64,000 bases of DNA, taken from assembly GCA_951406725.2 (NCBI GenBank), contig OX597828.1:56854001-56918000 (forward strand), read 5' to 3'. Positions within the stretch are counted from its first letter, which is position 1. The number at the start of each line of letters is the position of its first letter. This document shows, piece by piece, positions 15,191 through 30,334 of this stretch. Position numbers and translations under genes: made by a program. The notes below the pieces were generated by a model. It worked only from the letters and a program-made list of their open reading frames with translations, had not been told where the DNA came from and made no database searches. Source of the DNA: Octopus vulgaris (lineage: Eukaryota).

Positions 15191-15399
15191 TTAATATGCT
15201 TTGTTTTAAATAAGAAACGTACAAGGAAGTTTCAAATTTCCCTTCTAAGAGCGTCAACAGAAGAGAGTTGATTACCAATGTGTTCTTGCTCGTTTAACAA
15301 TAGTAGAGGGAAACAGTTTGGGAACACAGACATTCAAAATGCAAATAAAGTCTACAAAATTTACAACCATGTAAACGCGGCCTCTGAAAAAGAACAAAT

Positions 15400-15735
15400 T
15401 GATACGACCACAAACCCGAAGGCATCGTCGAAAATGATAATGCAAAGATCCTGTGGGATTTTATAATTCAGTGAAACAGAGAACAGGAATCCAGACATAG
15501 CCTTAACTGAAAAAGAATGCAAACTATGTTGGTTCATAGATATAGCAACCCAGCTGACAACAAGGTATGTGATAAGAAAGAAGGAAAAGTCAAGATATAT
15601 GACAGGTTAGCTTGGGAGGTTAAGCAGTTGTGGTCAATGAAAATGGTGGTAGTAATACCAATAATTGACGAAGCCCTGGGAACAGGGGGTAAAAATCTTG
15701 AGAAATACATGGAACAAATAGTGGCTGCAAAAAAT
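15400..15735 (+). mobile_element. Degenerate R4/Dong-type LINE endonuclease fragment
   Basis: Similar to 16447-16860 (PADNKVCDKKE...LAWEVKQLWSMK); followed by (TAA)n. Confidence 0.75.
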
Positions 15736-15755
15736 GTTAGCAGTAGTGCAAAGGC

Positions 15756-15816
<61 letters not shown>

Positions 15817-15884
15817 GCAATAATAATGGAAGTGTTATCATGTACGTTGGAAGTGTTATCATGGACTGGAAGTGTTATCATGTA

Positions 15885-16340
15885 CATTGTTTTGTCTTGG
15901 TATAAAAGATGGGCTACAGCAAATATTCTGCTCAATACCACAGATTTGCTTGTCAGTTGTTTGACCTTCACTAGTTGAGCATGTCCCCTAGTGGCTGACG
16001 ATATGTGCATCTCTGATCACGAGCAGAAGTAGTGGGGGAGCATCATAGCCATGTGTTGAGAGGGATTCTTTGGGGTTTGAATAATTCACCTCTGGAAACA
16101 TGGGTGGTTCTTTCAACATCCTTAAACAACCCTTATTCAGGGACCTTTTGAGCGGGATGGGTTACTCAACCTGAAGAAAATTCTAATATGTGCTGTTTAT
16201 CTTGATATGAGATCACCATGTCGCACACATATGGTTGTGATGCATGTGCCCTTATCAGACGGGTAATCATGATGGGTATATTGGGCTTCGTATATTTTAC
16301 CCCAGTGTCACTTTGATGGCATGCACTGCTCTCTCACTCA
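15885..16340 (+). mobile_element. Non-coding interspersed repeat ending in (TAA)n (probably a LINE 3' UTR); partial second copy at 31957-32112
   Basis: GGAAACATGGGTGGTT...CTTATTCAGGGACCTTTTGAGCGGGATG...GATATGAGATCACCATGTC occurs in both places, each followed by CACTCAATAATAA. Confidence 0.65.
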
Positions 16341-16379
16341 ATAATAATAGCAATAATAATAATAACAACAATAATAATA

Positions 16380-16446
<67 letters not shown>

Positions 16447-16447
<1 letters not shown>

Positions 16448-16870
16448 TGGTACGACCACAAATCTGAAGGCATCGTCGAATATAGAAATGCAACGATCCT
16501 ATGGGATTTTATGATTCCGTGCGACCGTGATATAGAGAACAGGAAGCCAGACATTGTCTTAATTGAGAAAGAAAGCAAACTATGCTGGATCATGGACATA
16601 GCATGCCCAGCTGACATCAAGGTATGCGATAAGGAAGAAAGAAATGTCGAGAGATATAACAGGTTAGCTTGGCAAGTTAAGCAGTTGTGGTCGATGAAAT
16701 AGGTAGTGGTAGTAGCAATAATTGTCGGAGCCTTGGGAACAGTGAGCAAAATTCTCGAGAATTATGTGGAACAAATAGGGGCTGAAATAAGGGTGGAGCA
16801 CTTGCAGAAAACAGTACTGCTTGGAACCGCTCGAATACTCCGGAAGGTGCTGTCACAGCCCCAGCATTAG
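16447..16870 (+). mobile_element. R4/Dong-type LINE 3' fragment
   Basis: ILWDFMIPCDRDIENRKPDIVLIEKESKLCWIMDIACP; embedded between (TAA)n tracts. Confidence 0.8.
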
Positions 16871-18398
16871 AAGCGCTGCAAAGGCAATGATAATAATAAT
16901 GATAATAATGATGATAATCCTCTTTGCTATAGGCGCAAGGCCTGAAATAATTGAGTGGAGGGGTATTCAATTTACTAACCCCGAGAGATATGAAAGGCAA
17001 AGTCGACCACGACGAAATTTGAACTCAGAACGTAATATCAAGTTCCAGTATATAAGACAAGGCAGCATATTTTCAAAAATAAGAGAACATTTGAACACGC
17101 CCAGATTGGAAATCAGAAAGTAAAACGCTTGAAGAAAAAATTCAAAGACACTATAACGATTTCTGACAATCCAAAGCATTTTACCGTATCCAATTAAAAG
17201 AATCTGTCGAAGAATAACGAAGAAAGAGTTGTAGTTATTAAGTTTGAAAATATTCTTCTACAAGTTATGTAATCTCGAATATAGGTTTCAAATTGTGATA
17301 CAAGGTCAACTATTTCAGGGAAGGAGTAAGTTGATTATATTGACCAGTGTTCAAGTGGTACGTATTTTATTGACACTCGAATGGATGAAAGGCAAAGTCG
17401 ACTCCGGCGGCATTTGAACTCAGAACTTAATGTCGGAAGAAATGCCGCAAAGCACTGTACCTGCGCGGTATCCAGTTTGCCAGCTCTCCGCTGCATGTAA
17501 TCTGAAATATTAAAAATTATATTGATAAAGATTTTTTTTTTAGCCGGTGCAAATAATTTGCTTAAATGCTGTTAAAAGTAACTTTCGCGTTTAAATTTTA
17601 TTGCAAAGGAAATAAAAATTACTAATGATATTAATGTGACTCAGGTAAGAAGAGATGAAAAGTATTTTTTCGATAATTATTCCTCTGGCTCACCTCCTCA
17701 AGAGATGAAATAATGTTATTAATAAATATTATGACAATGGCTATTATTTGCGTAAAATGCCTGATAAATCGGTCATGTTTTCGATTATACTTCAAGATGA
17801 AACTAATATATTTATTTAGGAAAATTGATATACAAACACTTAAATATTCAGCTATATATGAGCTTCTGCCGTTTTGCATCAGTTTGTGTATGTCTGTATG
17901 TCTGTATATGTATATATGTATGTGTGTATGTATGTATGTATGTATGTATGTATGTATGTATGTATATATGCATGCATGTATGAATGCTTCTGCTATTTGT
18001 TTAATTATTATCAATCTTCCACAGAAGAGGCCGGTTTCCAACAAAAATACAAAGCTTCATATTTGGGATATAGTCAACACAAGTTCACGTTTGGAACTTG
18101 AGAATAGTCTTGCATATATTTACTGTTCTCACAGATTGCACTTGTGGTGTACGAATTAGCCGATCGATTTCCCTTTCTGATAATCCCATTTTAACCAGAT
18201 TCTCCTTTAAGCGTTTACTAGCGTTTACTAACAAAACCTATTGCCCCAATTATAATTGGTATCAATACGAATTCATAGTCTAAATATAGAAGCTGGAGTT
18301 GTCGAAGTAGATGTCCATAGGTATCCTCTTTTCTTTGACTTTTAATGAAATATTTATATCTGCAGGGCAGCTGACCTCTATGGTGGTACAATCATCAT

Positions 18399-18491
<93 letters not shown>

Positions 18492-18495
18492 TTAT

Positions 18496-18526
<31 letters not shown>

Positions 18527-18542
18527 CCTATCTATATCTATA

Positions 18543-18580
<38 letters not shown>

Positions 18581-21549
18581 AGCGGACGTTAAATGGCGAT
18601 GATGATAAATAAGGATTCATAGACGAATACTGAGTTTTTCGTGTTTTATCATCGATTGAGGCTGTAGTAATGTTGTGACCTATTTATGATCTATCCATCT
18701 ATCTGTCTGTCTATCTGTCTATCTGCGTCTGACGAAATGATGGAATTAAGAATGCATTCAACTACTGCCGTGGTTGAATGATTATATATATATATACAAT
18801 GCTGAAAGCAAATAAGCACACGGTGCCTATATATGTTTTCCCTATAATTTAGGGTTCAATTTCTTTCACGCAGCTATGTAGATATATATTTTCTAAGATT
18901 TCAGCTAAATTACAGGTTATGCATTTCTTAGTATGGATGCATTTAAAAGACTGTGATGAAATATACCAGAATAAAATCATCATGAGATTTGTAAAAAGAC
19001 CTGAATTAATATAAATAAGAGCGAAAAAGATTTCGCGGCGATATTTACCAAGAGTGATAAGTGTCACGTAAGTGGAACCGAATTCGCAACCGGTGATATA
19101 TCATACTTCAATAAGATCATTTATTACTATAGTTTTATGTGTGACTAAATTGTCCCCTGAAGAATCCTCTATTTTATAAATTGAATTTCTGTTGCTCTCA
19201 GCCTCTCTATATTCATCATTTTCTGAAGTTTCATGTCCTTGTCCACTGACTATGCAAATAGCCTTGTAATTTACTTCTTACATTATATCTGTATTCTTCT
19301 TCTGAATATAGTACGTACATTATTAGATGAGAGATTTAAGAGTTTTGTTCAGAGTTGGCCTCTTACGGAAATATGTTACGTTGCCTACTGTCGTGTGAAG
19401 GCAATTCTTTTAAAGCGAAACACATTTTGGGAAGTCGTTTTACTGTGGCCCACTGTGACAAATAGAAAATGAAATAATGACTACACAAGCTCACAAAAGA
19501 ATGTCGTTGTTTAACGTTTTAAATGAAATGAGAATGAAATGAGAATTGTGAAATTATTTATGGGGTGTTATAAATTGTTTCCCAACATTTTTTGTTTCTA
19601 TAAGGACCCCGAATTTCGAGTGATAATAATGATTCATAGACGAATACTGAGTTTTTCGTGTTTTATCATCGATTGAGACTGTAGTAATGTTGTGACCTAT
19701 TTATGATCTAAAGACTTGAAAGACGATTATCTTTTCTGCCCGGACCAATTTTGAAATTCACTGATGTTTTCCATGTTGTGTTTGACTTTGAACTCTTCAA
19801 GACACTAAATTTCAATTGAAGACCCGATAGAAATATTATTATAATGCTGGCAAATGCATGAAAATATATTTTGAAATCTTTACCAATTCATCACAACTTG
19901 AATCGTTTCATTTAGCCACAAATTAGTGAACGGAAAAGATATGTATAATAAATTTTCAATGTTGTATTTTTCACAATCATGCTTATTATTCAAGTTATCT
20001 CTAGGTTGAATAATAAAAGAACAATTTTGAATTGTACCATTAGATATTCACTGAAATATATATCGAGCACATAAACATTGAATCACATTGAATTCTTAGA
20101 TGAAACACATACTATCTCATTAAGAAGTGAAAAGACTAATTCATCCAATTAGCCACCATTTCAAAGAGATTGAAAACGCTATTTAATATTCACAATGTAT
20201 CAATCATCTTTCAAAACTTGTGATGTCCCTTTATCGGTAATAAAAACATTTACAGAAGAATAGGGCGGTGAATGTTGATGTTTCGCCTGTATTTCTCTCA
20301 ACACAAAAGGTTCGAAATTAAATATCACACGTTGTATGTAATGGAATACCTTTCCTTATCCATGGTGTAGGAATAACTTTCGTTTGAACTTAATTTTTCC
20401 TACTAATACGATTCAATAGGTGAGTGGAAAACTATGGATTCAGTTTGCTCTAAATTAGATGTTTTGCTAGGTGTTAAATCGGACAAGTTGTCAATGCAAT
20501 GTAAATAATATAATCTTCAGTTTGTATCATAGAGCTAAAAGGATTACCAGAGTACATGTTTTGTAACAACCTGGAAAAGGCGGTAAATTTGTCAAATTAC
20601 CATCTTTCACAACGCTTTGACTACAAATATGTAAATTTTGTTGAGAGGCAATCATATGCATAACTTGGATGTAACATGAGCATTCAGCAATGCTCCCCCG
20701 CTATCCCTTGTTGCATTTCTTTAAAGAGATGGACCTAATTACTTTTGAAAGTATCGCAGCAATTGAAATTTCTAATTGGATTATCCTAAAGTTTTGTTTC
20801 TTTTGTCTTAGGGATACTTATGACCAATAACTGGCCAATAACTAGTCATGACCTGTCAACTCACTCTTGTTCTTTATTCTAAATATACAATCTTCTAGTC
20901 TCAGGTTTTAGTAGATGATAATTGAATAAATACATTGTTAATGAATTACAATCGTATGACCCCGCCCCCCCCCCCCACTGTCCTCCTTGCTATTCTAAGA
21001 AACTGTAGTCAGTTTTTTTCTTAACCACTTTTGCTGAAATGGCGACAAAAATAAATTGCTTCCATCTTCATATATATATTGTGTGCACAGCTGAAGATAG
21101 CATTGCATTTAAAGTATGTATGGACGCCGTCTCCAGGCGAGTTCAGTAGACTAGACATGTTCATGCACGACTGCAACGCGCTGGTCGACCGATTCAATTT
21201 CTAAATAGATCACTCCGGAATAACTTCACCCGGGCTGAATCAATTGTACATAATGTAAATAATGTACATAATTCTTCATCTCTTAAATATAGAACTGCTA
21301 TTCTTTTTTTCTTCGATTTTTTTTATCGTGTTTTCCGTCGAACTTATTTTAATTTTTCAAATCTTTTAATTGTATTAATGCTGTATTATTTTTTTATGAT
21401 AGTAGTAGTTTCGATTTAATGCCTTTCATTTTTATTTTGTATCTTGAATCTGTAATTTTTTGTATTTATTTATCCATAAATTTTAATGTTACGACTTGTA
21501 ACTTTTCCCCTTTTTTTCCCCTATCTCTTTATTTTTCATGTCTGTATCC

Positions 21550-22720
21550 ACGCACACATAAATACACGAGGCACACATACACGCAAGCGCAAAGACATGA
21601 GCGTATATATGCCTCACATATACCGCACTCACCGCACACACACACACATACATATATGTACAAACATACATACGCACACACGCACATACACGCTCACACA
21701 CAGGCACGTTCACGCAAGTACGCACGCCCACACATGCATGCACACGCACGCACGCTCACAGGAACGCATATATACATCCACACACAACCCCACGCACGCA
21801 TTCACATACATACACGCACAGGCCCACACAGACACATACACACACGCATACATATACACACATACGTACATACATACAGGCGCACACAGCTGAACGCACA
21901 TATACCTCATGTATACTTCTCACACACACCACACACAAACATACATGAAGACGCACACACAACCCATACATGCGCACACATATACACACGTACACCCACG
22001 CGGAAATGCACATACACACGGGCACACACACACGCACATACACAAACAAATATGCACACGCACTTAAACACACACGCACACATACACATGCACACACACA
22101 CGCACACACACGCGAATGAACATGAACGCACAAATACCTCCCCCACACAACGCACACTCACACACACGCATACACTTACACATACACAGGCATACACAAA
22201 CCACACGCACATAGATGTACACACACACACGCACACATAGGAATGCACATTTACCGCTATACACAAACTCCATAAACAAGCTCACGCATACACACATACA
22301 CATATGCATATACACACACATGGACACAGGTATAAACACGCACGCATACACATGCACACACACATACGCATACACACAAAAGCATGCGCACGCACACCAC
22401 ACAATATATACAAACATGCACACGCATACATACACACATACACACACTTCAAACTGGCAGTCAAGCACCTTTCTATTCACCATTCCTCTTCGTACACGTA
22501 TAGAACACACAGCTACACAAAAGACCACCACTCCTCTTACTATGCTCCTCACTCGACTAACAACATTTACAGACACACCTTCACTCACACATACATATAC
22601 AAACTGCCAACACCACACAAACACCACACACTCACACAGACAACACACACATACACAGACATGCTGTTACACACACAGACTTGTGCGCACGTACCCAAAC
22701 ATACACACAGATAGATCCAT
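21550..22720. repeat. Long cryptic (CA/TA)-rich degenerate microsatellite; similar tract at 58830-59295
   Basis: Continuous ACAC/ACGC/ATAC-type units; source of many spurious His/Thr and Cys/Val ORFs. Confidence 0.9.
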
Positions 22721-24249
22721 CATTACATTCTCCTCTCTTAAAATGAACTTTTTCTTTACCCATTCCCTTCATGTCATTTCAAAAGGTAACCTCATGTTGA
22801 TCGTTGGCGATTTATTTCCCCTGTCTTCCTTATTTCCTTGGATTTTTCTCTGTACTCTGTTTCTGAAAAAGAGCTTTGATCGAAAAGTAAAACTACATTT
22901 CTTTCCTTCCCAAAGTGTCTGCAAATATTTTGCATGTACCACGTACGTGCGTTGATTTTTCCTTGTGAAAGAAGGTTTGAAAATGGAATTGTAAACATGT
23001 TTATTCACTTGACCGGTTTCACATTTTTAGAAAAATATTGTCAAAAGTAAAATTTAAAGTCTTGTATGTGTTTTGTTGTGTTTTAACGAAAGTATTCGAA
23101 AACAGAGATACATTCTTTGATAATAATAAGAAAATGTAAACAACAGTTTACAAGAAAGTATTTGAGAAATTAATATATATATATATGCTACCAAACAAAC
23201 ATGATTTTTATTGAACTTTTTGGAGTCCCGCTCTGATTAATTTCTCAAATACTTTCTTGTAAAATGTTTTATATATATATATATCTATGTGTGTAGCTAA
23301 GAAATGTTTGCTATTTTAAGGGACAGTGTGGGAGATTAGTTGGGAGGGGAGGCAGAGCAATGTAGAATTAAAGGGGTTTTATTTGTTTCTGATCTAGTCC
23401 GTCATGGCTCAGTGCTTTTTTCGAACTGGTCCTAGATATCAGAATTCTGACCTCTCTATAGAAACATATATCTGTGAAATCATAACTTACATATATTATT
23501 AGAAAAATTTTTACATTCCTGTTATGGCTTATGTTTTATGTTGTTATCTATGTGCCAATACGATACAGGAATGAAAAACAATTTTTGATAAACCAAACAT
23601 TACCCAACAAAATTATCCTGGAAAAATTGGAAACAATTCTCCACCTGAAAGAAAAATGCTTGGAATTAATGCAGAAACTATTATATTCATCTTTCGTTTA
23701 ATTATTCATTTAAACTGTTTTTCATTGCAGAGATATGTAGTGGCTACGATAGAATCTTAGAACTGAGCATCGACTGGATACAAATTTCTCTTTCTGAGAA
23801 TATTAAAAGAAGCTGTATTAAATATGCACCTTATGCTACGTTTTAGTTAAGAAACGCTTTTGTTGATTCGATGAAAGGCAAATTTTATTCGACTCTAGAA
23901 TTTGAAGTAACAAATATAATTTTAGTAGGTGAGAGAAAATATTTGAATATCAAACGTTGAAATTTGGATAAGATATTCAAATATCCAATAGTAACTTTCA
24001 ACTTATGCTACCTATGCTACTTCTACCAAAATTTCAAGTTCTACAGACAATAGTGCGTTTTCTATAAAACTTGTATCAAGCACTTAATATAAACAGCACA
24101 TTATCCATATTAGAATCAATGCAAGAGAGACTGTATACTTTGCAGAAATATGAATTTAATTGAAAATCGTTATTAATATATATATATATATGTGTGTGTG
24201 TATGTGTCTATACACACACACACACGCATACACATGCGCGCGCACACAT

Positions 24250-24281
<32 letters not shown>

Positions 24282-25369
24282 TTATACACACACATACACG
24301 TAAGAAGCAATAATAAGTCAATCTGTGTTTTCAAAGAAATTTTATGGTACACGTGTATTGCACAGCAAATATTTGTATAGTGAACCAGCAAGAGATAACA
24401 TATCCAAAAAGACTATAGCGTCTAATGTTCTTCTTGAAATAAAGCTGGTTGTCTTGATATTTTGCTTCGTTGCTGTGATATTAAATGTTCTAGATTATTG
24501 CAGTGAAATATTTTTATGATAGCATTTACGTTATGTCGATTTCAGAATATTTCTGTTTATATCTTGTTACATCTTTTCCTGTTATTTATCTATTCTAATT
24601 ATAATCGCTTCCTTCGAACCTCACTCCTGTCTAAATCTTTAAAAGTTGATTTATAGGCTTAACATTATTCTCATTTCACGAGAATTAAGGTGCTAGGTAT
24701 TCAAATTATATTTGAAGATCTAATCACTGTTTTCTCCAATTTTCTAGCATTTTTAACAATCAAGAGATTGCTAGAAGTAGCAGGGGAAGATCAGCTCTAA
24801 ATGTTCCACAGTGATGTCCAGAAAATCACAAATGCAATATGCAAGTATAAATCACGGAGCAATATGCATCTGCTTCCATTCTAAGCACTCAGCCAGTTGC
24901 AGAAAACCTAACCAAAAACAAACTAAATCAAGCAAACTGAACAAAGAAACTTAAAGGAAGAATGTGTACGTGAATGCGGTTGAAAATGTTTGCCCGGTGG
25001 TGTACCTATACGTATATAATTTTGCGTATATATTTCTGACTGACTGCTAACAATGAACACAACTATATATCACCTCTGTGCATAATACAGTTCCTTACCA
25101 AGACAGCAAAAAACGAGTGATTATACCAGCTCAAAGCATATTGCTTGAAATGCTTGTGAATCGGGGAAATGAGTGATTAGATATGTAAATATAATTTGGA
25201 TAATCATCATCAAAATTCTCATGAAATTTAAGAGTAATACTTGTAAACAAATGAGTACGTGATGGAAATGCCTCGCAATCTCATTAGAAAACTGGTCAAC
25301 AAATGAATTTCATCGTTTACTCTACTGATACTTCAAAATATGGGATCATTTTAAACATTGAACATATTA

Positions 25370-25910
25370 TTGGGTTGTCCGGAAAGTTCGTGCCGATTTA
25401 TAGTAGCTTATATTTCAACTTATTTTAGAACATGGTTGAGTCCATAAAATAAGATTTGACTACACCTCAATTTAGAACACAGTTTAAGCTATCTTTTCAT
25501 GGAAGGTTTATGTTCCTATAACCTGTTTTAATTTTGTAACCCTTTAAAATAGAAGATAAGAAAGTTCATTTTCGGCACTTGATGCTTTGGGAACCAGACA
25601 AAAATTGCTGCATCTCGGCTGGGATGTATTAACCCACCCTCCATATTCACCAGATATTGCTCCTTCGGATTTCCACCTATTCAGGTCTCTGCGGAATAGT
25701 CTTAATGGTACAATTTTCAATTTCTTGGATGACGTAAAACGATACATTGACGAATTATTTGCCATGAAACCACCTCAATTTAAGTTAAAGGAAAGATGGA
25801 GATGCATTGTGCAACAAAACTATTCGTATTTGGTTCATTAAAAATGTAATGACATCTATTTATTGACCTTTTACTTTCGTTTCAAAATCGGCACGAACTT
25901 TCCGGACAAG
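25370..25910 (+). mobile_element. Internally deleted mariner transposon with both TIRs
   Basis: TTGTCCGGAAAGTTCGTGCCGATTT at the left end and its reverse complement at about 25885-25909; internal HPPYSPDIAPSDFHLFRSL motif. Confidence 0.9.
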
Positions 25911-26320
25911 CGATTACTTATTGGTTTTGACAGGCAGATAGCAAAAATACGCTTGGAGGCGTCAATCAATTAGAAAGTTAGAAAGTTAGGTGTGATTTGA
26001 TGGAATACAGATGAATAATCATAATAGATATATTACTGCAATAAAATGTAGTGACTGATTGGAGACTGACTCCTGCATCCAAATTTTTTAGCGATTTCGT
26101 TACTTTGTTATAACGTTTTGATGGTTGGCTTGCTAATGATTTTAGTGGAGACAGTTGGGCACTCACACAAAATGCCCTAACTACATTTATCTGAATACGA
26201 AGTGAATAAGTAGGGATCCCATCATTTTATGTGACTGTCCGTGTACACCTACACATACATGCACATACGCGCATAAGATATAATGATGTTTAATGTTTGT
26301 ATTTATAGTAACACTTTTGA

Positions 26321-26355
<35 letters not shown>

Positions 26356-26473
26356 TAAAAACGGTAAGATAACAAAAGGAAGAAAGAGACCTCAATATTA
26401 TTTAAATAGAGGAAATTTATCTATTAAATAATATGTTACAATTACTCAATAGTCAAGATAAAACATTTTTACA

Positions 26474-26933
26474 TATATGCACATATAAAAATTAAAAATA
26501 TATATTGAAAGATCTGTCCAGAAAAAGTATATAAAATCGACTAAAATAAGGGATTAAAATGAATTACCAAAACATATCAATCGACTTAATAAATTACCCC
26601 TCGATTAAAATATATCAAAATAGTTAGTTCTTCAAAATGAAGCAATGAACGGTAGGTCCGTTATCTAAGAAGCGTAAGATAGTTCCAAAATGGGTCGGTC
26701 AAAATCCACTTTTGCGATCAGTTTGGGAGTTCATTGCCGCTTCTTACATATCGGACCTACCATGGACTGCTTCATTTTTAAGAACTGCATATTTTCATAT
26801 ATTTTTGATTGAGGGGTAACACTTTGTAGTTGCTATATTTTAGTAATTCATTTTAATCAACTATTGTAGTCGATTTTTATATACCTTTTTCCAGACAGGT
26901 CCTATATATTTTTGTATTTTTTTATATGCGCAT
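26474..26933. repeat. Diverged fold-back repeat with arms of about 200 bp
   Basis: 26474-26673 is the approximate reverse complement of 26739-26933 (e.g. GGTAGGTCCG...TAAGAAGCG versus CGCTTCTTA...CGGACCTACC). Confidence 0.8.
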
Positions 26934-29900
26934 AACTACATTTTGTTTTACTGACATTGGAATGGTGATTGTTACACTTTGAAAACCATTGTAATGAAAA
27001 CGATGATGAATATGATTTCAAAATAACGGACGTCAATATTTGTTGTCAGTACATCAGGCGTACATGGCAATATCTTTATAAATTTAGAGCTTGTGAATAA
27101 AATTGAAGGGCTACAAAAGGGAAACTAGCTTGCAATAATGTAATACGACGCCCAATTTTACTGCATTTACGGTGATAAACATTTCCATGGAATCTAGTAT
27201 AATTTATGATATTTTATTCCGGAAATTCTGATGCCGTTTTCATATTTGAATATAGTTTATTGCTACAGCGATTGCTTGCATCATGAAAGCCTTTGAAAGT
27301 AACATACATAATGCATGTGTAATCTAAAGCCACACTTAATTAGCGCATTAAATAACCGAAATGACTAGATGAAGTTGTTATAACAATTTTATCTCTTTGG
27401 AAGCCGACATATTCGCCCTAAGAATTCTTTAAACATCTTTCTATGGTGCCATGACAATAGACATTATGCGAATTGTCTATTTTGCTATTACAACATTCCT
27501 ATAGCAACGTAAGGTCACTTTAGCTACCAATTTTGCTACTTTAGCTACTGATACAGAAGACATATCTGAATCAGAATATATTGTATAATTCATATATTTT
27601 ACCATAGAATATAGTGACTATATGTCTATCAGACATGAGAGCAACTATTTATAAAGTGCGGAATTAAATTAGGATAGGGATCTTCATCCAAGGCTTATTC
27701 AGAGAGATTAATACTATTTTGTGTCATAATCGTTTTCTGACTCAGACAAATCAAATTACATGCATCTTTAAATTTCAAATCAATGAATTGCATGGCAAAA
27801 TTCATTGTTACATCATATTTCCTGTAGAATACGAAATTACTTCATAACTGCTACTTGTTAGGTTGTTGCCCTGAGAAAAATCTCCACGACACAGCACGTT
27901 TGGCATAGATTTGGGTTTTGACATTTAATAATTTTGAATGTAATGATCTTAATATATGATCACTGTTCCTTCAGCAAAAATATTCATTAACATGCGATAT
28001 TAATCATATAATTGAACTAATTACAATTTTCTTCATTCAATACACCAATTACTTTAACTACGATATTAATGTATTAATGATATTAATGTAGCCGTTGCAC
28101 AAGTACAACCAAGACGCATAGATGGCAATAGGAATTCATATTGTGTCAGCGTCAATAATTCTAATTTCATTTCACGTTACAAAATGTTTACAGCACATGG
28201 AGAAAAATTCATATAATCTAAAGATTATTAATAATAAATTGCAACCCTGTTTTATTGATTTATTGCATTCATGTAGTACAGTTTTACAAGCCACAATGTA
28301 TATATAACACACTGTCTTCCATAACTAATCATCATTCGTTAATTCTTTTAAAAAATGCTAGTAAAAGTGTCGTCATCACGTGAAGGAATTTAAAAGGATT
28401 ACGAAAATTATAGTGATTATAATATTGATAATGTCAGTAACAAAAGTCGATTACATCAACCCCAGTGGTTCATTGGCACATAATTTATTGACTCCGAAAG
28501 GATGAAAGGCAAATTGAACCACGAGAGATTTGAAATCAGACCGTAAATGTGGATGTAATGCTACTAAGCATTATTACAACGTGCTAATAATTTCCCACAT
28601 TCTGAAAAAAGTTGAGCTCGAGAGAATCGTTAGTGCGTCGCACAAAATGCTTAACGGCATTTCGTCCGCCATCTTTCAGGGGTCGATGAAATAAGTAACA
28701 GTTACGCACTGGGGTCGAAGTAATTAACTAGCCCCCTCCATCAAAATTTCAGTCCTTGAGCCTATAGCAGAAAGGATTTCATTCTTCCTATGTCAATGAT
28801 CTGTCTATCCCGAACGAAGGTCATTTGAGGAATTTTCCGAGCAAATATAAGTTCCACGCAGAAATTCTAATGAAATTTAGCCACCCACTTATGGATTTCT
28901 AACTTTATTATTATAACACGATCTTATGACCACGAAATCTAAATAATAGTTGAAACTTCAAAAGGAACGATAAATAATGGATATCTGAATCACTGTAAGA
29001 GTATTGTGTCCTGATTAATTTAGATATACATATTCCGGACAGAATCTTTCTGTAATAAAATGAACAGAATCGTAGGAAGAGACTGTAAATCAAATAGGCA
29101 TACAATTTATGCATTTAAATGTAGCCGAAATTTGTCAACTTTGAATACACGACTATTCGTTTATTTGAAGGATTGCTCGTGCTGAAAATTGCTCGTGCTG
29201 AAAATAGAAATGACAGAGAGATGTAGATATAGATAGAGAGACATCAGTACACGCATATACACATATGAGCATTCATATGAAGTCATAAGTGTAAAACAAA
29301 GTAAAGAACACCCAAGGTAGAATAACTTGTTTTATTGAAATTGAAGAAATTCCATAAATTTTTCCATGCCGTTTCACATAACCATTCGTTGGGAAGTGTT
29401 GGGCATTCAGAATAATATATTAGCTGAAAAGGATTTCTAGGTATTTATCATTACAACGAGCTGTCAAAACGTTCCCGCATTATAGTAAACACGTGATCAC
29501 AAAAACACTAATTTCACAACTTGCGAAGTAAACGCAACGACGCCAGTCGGCATACTACCTCATGAGAAGCCAGTGTGTGCTTTTATTACGTAAGCAATCA
29601 CATGCTGTCATCAGCTGGTGTGCGAGAGAACTAATCCGTGAACTTTTTAACATGACCTCGTATCCCATCGAATACACATTTATGGCTGATTAGGCAACTC
29701 CTTTGCAAACTAACGGACTATTCTTGGATAAACGTCATGAACCATAACGAATAATTATATTAAAATTTGAAAACATATCGAATGAAGATTTAATAAAATA
29801 ACTTGCATAGTATAAATGTCGTTGGGTTGTATATAAACAACATTGGGTTGTATATAAATAAAATACAGTGAATGAAAAAGATCTTATCAGGAATGAGATG

Positions 29901-30334
29901 ATGCACATAAATGAAATATGATTAACTTGGAAGAAATATTTTATAAATAAAATTAAAATACAGGTTAATCATTATGAGAAACAAAAATAAATGGGTATAC
30001 GAAAATAGTGACACAAAACAGTGGATGTTGGCTTTGGGAGGGAATAATAGAGAGAAAGATAAAATATTGTGTGAGAAAGAGAAATGCGAGAGAAAATTAT
30101 GGATGAAGGAACACAGGTTGCTAATATACATATGTATAAATGGGATGTAGCATTTTACAACTGGAAAATAAGAGTAACCGTGGTAGAAACCGTAATAATA
30201 CAAAGTGTAATGAGACAGACGGAAAGGTCAAGGCTGGGATACACGAAAAACTTGAACAACCATAAAATTACATTACATAAATACAATGGACAGGTCTCGA
30301 ATACACAGACACAATAGACTGCTGATAAAAAAAA

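Noticed and set aside
15827-15890. Three copies of TGGAAGTGTTATCATG as a CRISPR-like array
   Set aside because: Short tandem repeat with no unique spacers, eukaryotic context and no cas genes.
21419-22955. Long His/Thr- and Cys/Val-rich ORFs (also the many YIYIYI and LSIY ORFs across the window)
   Set aside because: Translations of CA, TA and TATC microsatellites, open on both strands.
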